A DNA stretch of 64,000 nt, taken from Nitrospinales bacterium (GTDB lineage Bacteria > Nitrospinota > Nitrospinia > Nitrospinales > VA-1). Position numbers and translations under genes: made by a program. Shown piece by piece: positions 31,783 to 40,505 of the stretch (the first letter of the stretch is position 1; the number at the start of each line of letters is the position of its first letter). Location: contig CBDCXL010000001.1 in the NCBI GenBank assembly GCA_965223795.1, positions 96,001 to 160,000 on the forward strand, in the 5' to 3' direction. The notes below the pieces were generated by a model. The model searched no databases. It worked only from the letters and a program-made list of their open reading frames with translations, and had not been told where the DNA came from.

Positions 31783-32616
31783 TTGGCTTCGAAAACACCA
31801 GAGATCCCCAATATCGCCGAATTGATGGAAAAGATCAAAAGCGGCAAGATTTTCGGGGAAATCGCAGAACAGATCAAACAATCCCAGGTCTGGACGTCGA
31901 CGTTCCGCCACGGTTACGCGGACACGCCCCGCAACCGGGTGCTGCAGATCGCGAGCAACATCTGGCTGCACCTGCATCCCGTGAAGATTCACCGGCACGC
32001 GCTGAGGATCAAATTCACCTGGTGCATGGGCGGGATCACGTTTCTGTTGTTCCTGTCCACGGTCGTGACCGGCGTGATCCTGATGTTCTACTACCGTCCG
32101 GTCGGGGAATACGCCTATTTCGATATGAAATACCTGCAGTACGATGTGCCGTTCGGGATGCTCATGCGCAACATGCACCGCTGGGCGGCGCACGCCATGG
32201 TCATCACGGTGTGGCTGCACATGTTCCGGGTGTTTCTCACGGGGTCGTACAAGCCGCCGCGGGAATTCAACTGGGTCATCGGCGTGTTCCTGGTCACCTT
32301 CACACTGCTTCTGAGTTTCACCGGCTACCTGCTGCCGTGGGACCAGCTGGCTATGTGGGCGGTCACCGTCGGAACCAACATGGCGCGCGCGACGCCGTTT
32401 CTCGGTCATGAGGGACCGTTCCAGGAGTTTGTGTTCGGCGTTTCACCCCGCTACGACGCGCGATCGGTTCTGCTTGGAGGAAGCCTCGTCGGGCCTCCCG
32501 CGCTGCTTCGGTTTTATGTGTTGCATTGCATATTCATCCCCCTGGTGGCGGGGGCTTTGATGATCGTGCATTTTTGGAGAATCCGTAAGGATGGCGGGAT
32601 TTCCGGTCCGCTTTGA
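31783..32616 (+). CDS. Cytochrome b (b6-like N-terminal half)
   Basis: [56 protein letters not shown]. Confidence 0.95.
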   Translation: MASKTPEIPNIAELMEKIKSGKIFGEIAEQIKQSQVWTSTFRHGYADTPRNRVLQIASNIWLHLHPVKIHRHALRIKFTWCMGGITFLLFLSTVVTGVILMFYYRPVGEYAYFDMKYLQYDVPFGMLMRNMHRWAAHAMVITVWLHMFRVFLTGSYKPPREFNWVIGVFLVTFTLLLSFTGYLLPWDQLAMWAVTVGTNMARATPFLGHEGPFQEFVFGVSPRYDARSVLLGGSLVGPPALLRFYVLHCIFIPLVAGALMIVHFWRIRKDGGISGPL

Positions 32617-32651
32617 TCCTGTTTCCCAGGTATTTTTGAAAGGTATCGACG

Positions 32652-33410
32652 ATGGCTCAAGCGTCTCCGCCCCGTAAAAAAGTTGAGGATATTCCAGAGA
32701 AGGTCCACGTCTGGCCCTATCTGGTGCGGATCGAGTTCCTCTGTTCGATCATCGTCATCGTGTTGCTGGCGGTGTGGTCCATCGTCATCGATGCGCCGCT
32801 GGAAGAGGCCGCCAACCCCACCAAAACCCCGAACCCCTCCAAGGCGCCTTGGTATTTTCTCGGTCTGCAGGATATTCTGGTCTATTTCGATCCCTGGTTC
32901 GCGGGTGTCATCGCGCCTGTGCTGATCATCGTCGGATTGATGCTGATCCCCTACCTGGACGTGAATCCCAAGGGCAACGGCTATTACACCTACCACGAGC
33001 GCAAGGTCGCGATCTGGGTGTACTGTTTCGGGTTTCTGGTGCTTTGGATCGCTCTCATCATCATGGGCGTGTTCCTGCGCGGACCGGGCTGGAACCTGTT
33101 CATGCCCTGGCAGTACTGGGACCCGCATAAAGTGGTGGCGCTGGTCAGCGTGGATCTGCCCTATGCGTTCGGGGTGCGCACCTACCTCATGGCTTCCATC
33201 GTGGGCGGGGCGGTGGTGATCGGCTATTTTGTGGTCGGCACGGCGATTTATTTTTTCATGGAACGCAAGGCCATCAAAAGCGTCGGTTTCACGCGCATGT
33301 TCATCAAAATTCAGCTCATCCTGATCATGATCGGCATCGTCATCAAGATCGTATTGAGGCTGGCTTTTAATATCAAATACATATGGGTGACTCCCTGGTT
33401 CAATGTCTAG
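32652..33410 (+). CDS. Cytochrome b C-terminal half (subunit IV-like), extended
   Basis: APLEEAANPTKTPNPSKAPWYFLGLQ (PEWY-equivalent), multiple TM helices. Confidence 0.9.
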   Translation: MAQASPPRKKVEDIPEKVHVWPYLVRIEFLCSIIVIVLLAVWSIVIDAPLEEAANPTKTPNPSKAPWYFLGLQDILVYFDPWFAGVIAPVLIIVGLMLIPYLDVNPKGNGYYTYHERKVAIWVYCFGFLVLWIALIIMGVFLRGPGWNLFMPWQYWDPHKVVALVSVDLPYAFGVRTYLMASIVGGAVVIGYFVVGTAIYFFMERKAIKSVGFTRMFIKIQLILIMIGIVIKIVLRLAFNIKYIWVTPWFNV

Positions 33411-33436
33411 CTGTGTCCCCTCCGAGGTGAAGTCCG

Positions 33437-36178
33437 TTGGATAATCCTGAAGAAAAAGAGCAATCGTCGAACAGCGATTACGTACCTGTCGAGAAAGTTT
33501 CTTTCAGTTTCGTGTTCTTTCTCGTTTCCGGCGCCACGCTTCTGGTGACGCTGTGGGCTTTCTGGGACGACGAATACGCCCGCCGCGGTTATAAAAAATA
33601 CCAGGAAGAGTATTTCAAGGTTCAGTACGCGCGCTCCGAGGCAAAGTGGAAGGAGATCAACGAAGAAATCGCCTCCAAGGAACAGGAGATCAAGAATGCT
33701 CTCGATCAGGAGCAGGGCCGACTGGAGGATTCGAAGGAATACCAGGATCTGGTCGAGAAGGTCCGCCTGGCCCAGGTCGCTTACGATGAGGTGAAGGAAG
33801 AGAAGAAGTTCACCGGCAGCCGGCTCGATGAGGCCTATTACTATTACAAAAAGGCGATGCACGAAGGTCAGAACTTCGATGTGCAGATCGCCAAAGTGAA
33901 ACAGCTGGAAGAGGAACAGAAATCCTGGGACCCGGTCATCGCGGAAAAGAAGGAAATCCTGGACGCCGCCGAGTCGGAACTGCTGGAGTGGAAATCCAAG
34001 CTGATCACCCTGGAGAAGGATCTGGCGAAACTGACGTCCAAGCGCGCGCAGGAAGAAAGGACGATGGAGTACTACAAGCCCTTTCCTTTCATCTGGCGGC
34101 CCGCCGAGATCAAACAGACCGTCATTCCGGGATTCGGCATCAACAATTTCTCCGAGATCATCTACAAGGTCGACCGGTGCATGACGTGTCATATCTCCTA
34201 TGGCGACGAGCATTATCAGGATTTCAAACAACCCCTGAAAACGCACCCCAACCTCGACATCCTGATTAAAAAGCATCCGCCGGATCAAACCGGCTGCACC
34301 TGGTGTCATCTGGGGCAGGGAACCGCCACCGCGCCGGCGGAACACGCGCACGGCTCCCACCATGAGATGGACCAGACGCGCGAAATCAACGAACCGATCC
34401 TGCACGGCGATTTCATGCAGGCCAACTGCAGAAACTGTCATGCGGAGGTGGTGAACCTCGATGGCGCGCCGGTATTGTCGAAAGGCAAGCAGTTGTTCAT
34501 CGAGCTGGGCTGTCACGGCTGCCACCTTGCGGAGGGCTACGCGAAGGAGAAAAAAGTCGGGCCGCGGCTGCTTCGCGTCGGCTCCAAGGTGAACCCGAGC
34601 TGGCTCTACCGCTGGGTGAAAAACCCGAAAGAATACCTGCCGGAAACCCGGATGCCGGATTTCGAGCTCAGCGACAAGGATGCGCTGGCGATCACCGCAT
34701 ACCTTCTGGCGGCGTCCGACAAGGACTATCAGGTTCCGCAGAAATTCAAGTCCGGCGATGCGGATAAAGGCAAGAAACTGTTCGAGAGTGTCGGCTGTCT
34801 GGCCTGCCACAAGCTCAAAGGCAAGGGTGAGGTGCACGGCCCGGATCTCAGCCGCATCGCCAGCAAAGTGGGGCCGGACTGGCTGGTGAGCTGGATCAGC
34901 AATCCGCGGCATTACAACGACCAGAGCCTCATGCCGGATCTGCGCCTTTCCGTCGATCAGGCGTCGCACATCGCCGCGTATCTGCTGCAGTTCGGCAAGC
35001 CCAAGCACATCGCCGGCATCGAGGAGCGCCTCTCGCATCCCAAAATCATCGCAAACGGCGAGAGGCTGGTGCGTCAGCGCGGCTGTTTTGCCTGCCACGA
35101 CATCAAGGGCATGGAAAGCGAAGGCCGCATCGCGCCGGAACTGTCCGCGTTCGGCAGAAAACTCATCAGCGAACTGGAATTCGGCGATGCGCATATCCCC
35201 CACACCTGGGAGTCCTGGGTGCGCACCAAGCTGGCGAAACCGACGGCGTTCCGCACCGAGCGGGTTCTGGACAAGATGCCGAACTTCCATCTCAAGCAGG
35301 ATGAGATCGACGCCCTGGTGGTGCTGCTCAAGGGATTCAACGGCACCAAGATTCCCACGAAATACCGCAAGGTTCTCAGTGAAAAAGAACAGACTCTGGA
35401 AACCGGCCGTCGTCTGATCGAACGGCTCAACTGCAAAGGCTGCCATCATGTGGAAGGGGAAGGCGGCCGTATCCAGAAGTACATCAAGGCCACCGCGCAG
35501 TATCCGCCGCCGCTGGAGCACGGCACCTACCATGTGGGCGAGCGGATCAAGGGTTCCTGGCTCTATTCGTTCCTGAAAGAGCCGACGCCGGTGCGCACGT
35601 GGCTCAAGGTGCGCATGCCCAGCTTCAACATGACCGACAAGGAGATCGAGGATCTCACGGCCTATTTCGAAGCGCTGGCGCCGCTCAAAGTCGAATACGA
35701 AGCCGGTGTTCACAAGGCAAAACAGAAAGAGTCGGTGCAGACCGGCGTGGGCATCGTCAACTACATGGACTGCGGCAAATGCCACGACGACGGCGCCAAG
35801 GGGATCGATTTCTCCATCGCTTCCGAACGGCTGAGGCAGGACTGGATCGGCAAATGGCTCAAGGACACTCAGGAGATGATTCCGTGGACGAAGATGCCGT
35901 CCCACTGGGACAAGGAAGGCGACAAATACGTCGTGAAGAGCAAATTCCGCAAGCTCAAGGAAGTGGGGGGCATCGACGAGCAGGTCGAGAAGATCACGGA
36001 TTTCATCGTCGCCTACAACTACGCCGATGTGGATTTCTCCCTGGTGCTGGGGGAAGAACCTTCCGCCGATGAAGGGGAAGAGAGTGAAGAAGCCGCCGCC
36101 GAAGAAGAGGCCGAGGAAGAAGGCGAAGACGAGGAAGAAGAATCCGAAGACGAAGGGGACGACGCATTTTTTGAGTGA
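33437..36178 (+). CDS. Membrane-anchored octaheme cytochrome c subunit of the bc complex
   Basis: Eight CxxCH motifs (CMTCH, CTWCH, CRNCH, CHGCH, CLACH, CFACH, CKGCH, CGKCH), N-terminal TM + coiled coil, acidic tail. Confidence 0.92.
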   Translation: MDNPEEKEQSSNSDYVPVEKVSFSFVFFLVSGATLLVTLWAFWDDEYARRGYKKYQEEYFKVQYARSEAKWKEINEEIASKEQEIKNALDQEQGRLEDSKEYQDLVEKVRLAQVAYDEVKEEKKFTGSRLDEAYYYYKKAMHEGQNFDVQIAKVKQLEEEQKSWDPVIAEKKEILDAAESELLEWKSKLITLEKDLAKLTSKRAQEERTMEYYKPFPFIWRPAEIKQTVIPGFGINNFSEIIYKVDRCMTCHISYGDEHYQDFKQPLKTHPNLDILIKKHPPDQTGCTWCHLGQGTATAPAEHAHGSHHEMDQTREINEPILHGDFMQANCRNCHAEVVNLDGAPVLSKGKQLFIELGCHGCHLAEGYAKEKKVGPRLLRVGSKVNPSWLYRWVKNPKEYLPETRMPDFELSDKDALAITAYLLAASDKDYQVPQKFKSGDADKGKKLFESVGCLACHKLKGKGEVHGPDLSRIASKVGPDWLVSWISNPRHYNDQSLMPDLRLSVDQASHIAAYLLQFGKPKHIAGIEERLSHPKIIANGERLVRQRGCFACHDIKGMESEGRIAPELSAFGRKLISELEFGDAHIPHTWESWVRTKLAKPTAFRTERVLDKMPNFHLKQDEIDALVVLLKGFNGTKIPTKYRKVLSEKEQTLETGRRLIERLNCKGCHHVEGEGGRIQKYIKATAQYPPPLEHGTYHVGERIKGSWLYSFLKEPTPVRTWLKVRMPSFNMTDKEIEDLTAYFEALAPLKVEYEAGVHKAKQKESVQTGVGIVNYMDCGKCHDDGAKGIDFSIASERLRQDWIGKWLKDTQEMIPWTKMPSHWDKEGDKYVVKSKFRKLKEVGGIDEQVEKITDFIVAYNYADVDFSLVLGEEPSADEGEESEEAAAEEEAEEEGEDEEEESEDEGDDAFFE

Positions 36179-36334
36179 CACCCCGCCTAGCCGGAACAGG
36201 CTTGCCGGCCCGGTGACGGGAACTTGATTTTATGTCATTCCGGGCGTTTGGGGGCGCGGCGGAAACAGCGTTGCGCCGGACCCGGTTTTCGTAGTATTGT
36301 TTAATCATATGTACAACTTTTCACACGATGGATC

Positions 36335-36517
36335 ATGGACAACACAGGACTTGAAAATTTTCTACTGATCGCCACCAAACCCGATAACATCCCTATCGGG
36401 ACCATGCTTATCTTTGTCGGTTGGGTATTCTGGATCGCGGTAAAGCAAATGATCGTGCACGACAAGCACATCAAGGCGAATCAAAAAGAGAAAATCTGGG
36501 ATGAAATGATCAAATAA
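36335..36517 (+). CDS. Small membrane protein, possible bc-complex accessory subunit
   Basis: 60 aa, KPDNIPI followed by a TM helix. Confidence 0.6.
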   Translation: MDNTGLENFLLIATKPDNIPIGTMLIFVGWVFWIAVKQMIVHDKHIKANQKEKIWDEMIK

Positions 36518-37012
36518 GTGAGCCTATTCATCATCTCATTTGTGGCTTTCGTCGTCGGCGTCATTTTGATCGCCTTCCTGAAAACCACATCCCCGCCGCC
36601 GCCGCAGGAACAGGTTCATTTCGACAATCCCGAAGACAAGCCCAGGTATCTGGTCGAGCCCGAAGCCTTCAAGGAAAAGTGCCTGGAGTTTCTCAAAAAA
36701 TTCAACCTGGAATACAAGCATTCCGTCTGGGCCAACGACAGGGAGCTGGAGATCATCATGAACGATGAGACTCCCGTTGTCGGCGGCACCTACCTGGCCC
36801 TCTGCATCATCAATCCTCACAACAACACCGTTGACAGCATCAAAGTGAAAGGGTTTCTCGATACCGTCAAAGGCGAAGGCGCGTCGCGCGGGATCTTCAT
36901 CACCACGGGATACTTTTCCGACGAGGCTTTGCGGACGATCGACGAGGAGCCGGTGGAGCTGGTCAACATCGTTGCGTTCCTTTCCTACCTGAAAAAATTC
37001 GGCATTTATTGA
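36518..37012 (+). CDS. Membrane-anchored Mrr-type restriction-endonuclease-fold protein
   Basis: N-terminal TM; GASRGIFITTGYFSDEA..VELVN typical of the Mrr_cat C-terminus. Confidence 0.7.
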   Translation: MSLFIISFVAFVVGVILIAFLKTTSPPPPQEQVHFDNPEDKPRYLVEPEAFKEKCLEFLKKFNLEYKHSVWANDRELEIIMNDETPVVGGTYLALCIINPHNNTVDSIKVKGFLDTVKGEGASRGIFITTGYFSDEALRTIDEEPVELVNIVAFLSYLKKFGIY

Positions 37013-37250
37013 GTGTCATCGGGGTCTGCCTGGAGGACCGCTTTGTCCCCAGCTTGCGGGCCGTTATGAAAACCTTTGAAAATCGGCCATTTCGCCGCGG
37101 TTTGGCACAGGATAAGCCCGCAGATGGACTGTGTGGGGTGCGCGTTTGCCTTGCCTGCGCGATCCGGCCTGTGACCGGGCCGGGTATAGGCAGGAAAAGA
37201 AGGGGAACTATCCAATTTTCAAGGAACTATTCCTGTGTTACCATAAATTA

Positions 37251-38123
37251 ATGAAAATTTGCGATATCCTAGGCAAGGACAGCCCGACGTTTTCCTTTGA
37301 GTTTTTCCCTCCCAAGAAGGAGGAGGGGTTTGCGCAGCTGTTCGAGACGATCGGCAACCTGAGAAAGTGGAATCCGGGTTATGTTTCCGTCACTTACGGG
37401 GCAGGGGGCAGCACCCGCAGCAAGACCATCGACCTGGTCGGCCGGATCAAAAAGGACCACGGGCTGGAGAGCATGGCGCATTTGACCTGCGTCGGCCACA
37501 ACGCGGACGAAATCCGCGGCATCCTGGACCAGCTTCAGGAAAAGGGGATCGACAATGTGCTGGCGCTGCGCGGCGACCCGCCTGCCGGAGCGGAGCGGTT
37601 CGTGAAGCCGGAAAACGGCTTCGGCTACGGCAGCGAACTGGTGGGGTACATCCGCAAACATTACGGGTTCTGTCTGGGCGTGGCGGGATATCCGGAGGGA
37701 CACGTCGAGTGCCCGGATAAGGGGCGGGACCTGGAAAACCTCAAGCGCAAGGTCGATGCCGGGGCGGATTTCGTGGTCACCCAGCTTTTTTTCGACAACC
37801 GGTATTATTTCGAATTCGTGGAGCGGGCCCGGAAAATCGGCATTACAATTCCGATCATTCCCGGTATCATGCCGGTGATCAACGCGAACCAGACCAAAAA
37901 GTTCACGAAGATGTGCGGGGCGACGCTGCCGGAGGGGTTGCTCGCGCGCATGGAGCCGGTTCAGGATGACAACCAGGCGGTGAGCGACATCGGCATCGAG
38001 CATGCGACGCGTCAGTGTGAGGATCTTTTGAAGAACGGGGCGCCCGGCATTCATTTTTACACGCTCAACCGGTCCAAGGCCACCCTGGCGATCCTTGAAA
38101 ACTTAAAGCTGCGGGTGGTATGA
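37251..38123 (+). CDS. metF: Methylenetetrahydrofolate reductase
   Basis: SFEFFPPK, SVTYGAGG, AHLTC, LALRGD, TQLFFD, HFYTLN. Confidence 0.97.
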   Translation: MKICDILGKDSPTFSFEFFPPKKEEGFAQLFETIGNLRKWNPGYVSVTYGAGGSTRSKTIDLVGRIKKDHGLESMAHLTCVGHNADEIRGILDQLQEKGIDNVLALRGDPPAGAERFVKPENGFGYGSELVGYIRKHYGFCLGVAGYPEGHVECPDKGRDLENLKRKVDAGADFVVTQLFFDNRYYFEFVERARKIGITIPIIPGIMPVINANQTKKFTKMCGATLPEGLLARMEPVQDDNQAVSDIGIEHATRQCEDLLKNGAPGIHFYTLNRSKATLAILENLKLRVV

Positions 38124-38166
38124 ACCCCGTGGGACTTTTTCTTCAATCCAGCTGATCACTGAATCC

Positions 38167-38931
38167 GTGCCGTCATTCATCTCAGTTCTGTTGGCCGTGT
38201 GCGTGCTGTTGCATCCACGGGCCGCCCTCCCGGAAGAAGGGAGCCTCAACGATGTCACCGCCGATATGGTGCTCATCCCCGCGGGGACGTTCAAACGCGG
38301 CTGCGACCGTTTCGGCCAGCAGCACGGGGCGCCCGCGCACCTGGTCTACCTCGATGCGTTCATGATCGACAAGTTCGAGGTCACCAATCAAAGCTACGAA
38401 GAAGTGGTGCCGGAACACCGGCTGAGACGGAGCCAGTTCTCCCATTGCGATCTGTGCCCGGTCACCAAGGTGAGCTGGTACGAGGCCGCGGACTACTGCC
38501 ACCTGGTGGGAAAATCCCTGCCCAGCGAAGCGCAATGGGAAAAAGCGGCGAGCAACGGCAACGGCTGTGAATTCCCCTGGGGGCCTAAATTCGATCCGGA
38601 GAAAAATCAGGCGCGCGGCGGCGTCAAATTACGGGACCATGCCCGGCCGGTGGGCAGCTACCCCCCCAACGACAAGGGGCTTTATGACGTGGCGGGCAAC
38701 GCCTGGGAATGGGTCAGCGACTGGTTTTCCATCCGCTATTATTTTCATGAGATCATGTACAATCCCCGTGGGCCGCGCCACGGGATCATGAAGGTGCGCC
38801 GGGGAGGGGCCTGGTCGGACAGCGTCATCGCCATGGCCACCGGCTACCGCGACTGGAGCTACCCGTTTTCGCGCGGATTCAACGACATCGGGTTCCGCTG
38901 CGCCATCAACCTGAGAAAAAATTCCGAATGA
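38167..38931 (+). CDS. Secreted FGE-sulfatase (SUMF1/C-lectin fold) domain protein
   Basis: MVLIPAGTF, LPSEAQWEKAA, GLYDVAGNAWEW, RGGAW, GFRC. Confidence 0.88.
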   Translation: MPSFISVLLAVCVLLHPRAALPEEGSLNDVTADMVLIPAGTFKRGCDRFGQQHGAPAHLVYLDAFMIDKFEVTNQSYEEVVPEHRLRRSQFSHCDLCPVTKVSWYEAADYCHLVGKSLPSEAQWEKAASNGNGCEFPWGPKFDPEKNQARGGVKLRDHARPVGSYPPNDKGLYDVAGNAWEWVSDWFSIRYYFHEIMYNPRGPRHGIMKVRRGGAWSDSVIAMATGYRDWSYPFSRGFNDIGFRCAINLRKNSE

Positions 38932-38932
38932 C

Positions 38933-39667
38933 ATGGTGTATGCTGCAAAAAAGGAATACATCGACAGGCTGATCGACGAGTGCCTGTCCGAAGACGGCGA
39001 TTCGCTGGAGCTCAACGGCAAGTTCATCGGCGATGAAGGCGTGGAGGCGCTGGTTGAGTCGGAAAAGCTCAAAACCGTGCAGAACCTCGACCTGACGCGC
39101 AATTCCCTGACTCACAAGAGCGCGCCGCACATCGCCGGCTGCCCGCATCTGAAAAAACTCAAACGCCTCTACATCGGCGAGAACACGTTCTCCGACAAGG
39201 GGATCCGGCAGATCGTCGAAGCGCCGTTCACCGAGAACCTGGCCCAGTTCGACGTCCGGTTCACCGACATGGGCAAACCGGGCGGCATGGCGATCGCCCA
39301 ATCGGAGCGCTTCCAGCGGCTTCAGGTGCTGATCCTGCAGGAAAATCCGGTGGGCGACGAGACCCTCATCACCATCGCCAAATCGCCCACCTTCGCGAAC
39401 CTGAGAAAACTCAATTTCTACCGCACGGACATTTCGGTGAAGGGCATCAAGATCCTGGCGAAGTCCAAGGTGCTCAAGCGTCTCAAATACCTGAATCTGG
39501 CCCGCAACTACCTCTACCAGGACGCGGCCCGGGCACTGGCGGACACGAAAACACTCACCAACATCGAAACCCTGCTGATGTTCGACACCGGCATCGGCGA
39601 CGCCGGCGTGCAGGCCATCATGACGTCCCCGTCGTTCAGCAAACTCAAAACATTTCGTGTTACCTGA
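38933..39667 (+). CDS. Leucine-rich repeat protein (RI-like 28-aa repeats)
   Basis: Repeated LxxLxLxxNx(I/L)xDxG pattern. Confidence 0.85.
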   Translation: MVYAAKKEYIDRLIDECLSEDGDSLELNGKFIGDEGVEALVESEKLKTVQNLDLTRNSLTHKSAPHIAGCPHLKKLKRLYIGENTFSDKGIRQIVEAPFTENLAQFDVRFTDMGKPGGMAIAQSERFQRLQVLILQENPVGDETLITIAKSPTFANLRKLNFYRTDISVKGIKILAKSKVLKRLKYLNLARNYLYQDAARALADTKTLTNIETLLMFDTGIGDAGVQAIMTSPSFSKLKTFRVT

Positions 39668-39747
39668 ACATCATCGCCCGACAATTCGAAAACATTTCGC
39701 GTGACCTGAACATCATCGCCCGACAATTCGAAAACGTTTCGCGTGAC
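39647..39747. repeat. 42-bp tandem repeat (~2.4 copies) spanning the LRR gene stop codon
   Basis: Unit aaaacatttcgcgtgacctgaacatcatcgcccgacaattcg read directly. Confidence 0.9.
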
Positions 39748-40039
39748 AGGTGCGTCCCCCCGCCCGCGGTTTCATGCCGTTTTGGTTTTCCGGTGGAAAA
39801 ATTTTCCTCAAACGCCATTCCTATATCCGCCTTTCCGGCGGGGCCACAAAAGCGCTGTTTTTCCCCATTGCGTGCTGCGGGAACGCCGGAGCCGCGAATA
39901 TGCCCTTTCCGAAACGCGCGGAAGGGCCCACTTTAGCCGTTGAATCCGGGGTTTCAATGCTTCTACAATATCAGGGAATCAAAACACAACGGATTGCGGT
40001 GGGGGTCGATTCGGAGGGTAACTCAATCAAGAGGTGGTC

Positions 40040-40423
40040 ATGAAATATCTACTGTATATCCTGATTTTGATGGTTGCGTCGGTCACGCCGGCTTTCGCCG
40101 ACGGCGAATTCCCGGAAGAAGCGGACGCCATCCCGCAGGAATTCAAGATCGATGAAAAGCTGTATGCGGAAAGCATCGGCAACGACGGCTATTACCAGGG
40201 CGGGTTCTACGCGGAAGAGAAAAACAATCTGGGCGCGATCTACTACAGCAGCACCGTGCGGGCCCGGGACTTCGGCTTCGTGCCCGGCATCGTGGTGCTC
40301 AACCGCCAGGTCGTTCCTCTCAATTTCATCACTCCCATTATCCGGCCGTTCGGGCTGGGATCGGGCTTCATTTCCAGTTCATTCGGTTTCCGTTTCGGCG
40401 GCCTGCGCTTTCACCACAGGTAG
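40040..40423 (+). CDS. Small secreted hypothetical protein
   Basis: GAGG RBS, signal peptide ending AFA, Gly/aromatic-rich C-terminus. Confidence 0.7.
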   Translation: MKYLLYILILMVASVTPAFADGEFPEEADAIPQEFKIDEKLYAESIGNDGYYQGGFYAEEKNNLGAIYYSSTVRARDFGFVPGIVVLNRQVVPLNFITPIIRPFGLGSGFISSSFGFRFGGLRFHHR

Positions 40424-40435
40424 AAACTTCCTGAA

Positions 40436-40479
40436 ACAAAAAAAACGGCAGAGAGACGAATCGTCTCCCTGCCGCTTTT
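40436..40479. terminator. Bidirectional terminator between convergent genes
   Basis: A run - cggcagagagacga/tcgtctccctgccg stem - T run. Confidence 0.75.
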
Positions 40480-40505
40480 GCAATCAGAGGTGAAGCAAAC
40501 AGTCC

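Noticed and set aside
37013..37250. SAM riboswitch upstream of metF
   Set aside because: No SAM-I/II consensus recognisable; only a short GGAACTAT direct repeat
38167..38931. FGE/C-lectin genes (also 56776-57528) as diversity-generating retroelement targets
   Set aside because: No reverse transcriptase and no near-identical template repeat differing at adenines was seen in the window
39647..39747. Possible mini-CRISPR array
   Set aside because: Units are contiguous with no unique spacers, and no cas genes are in the window
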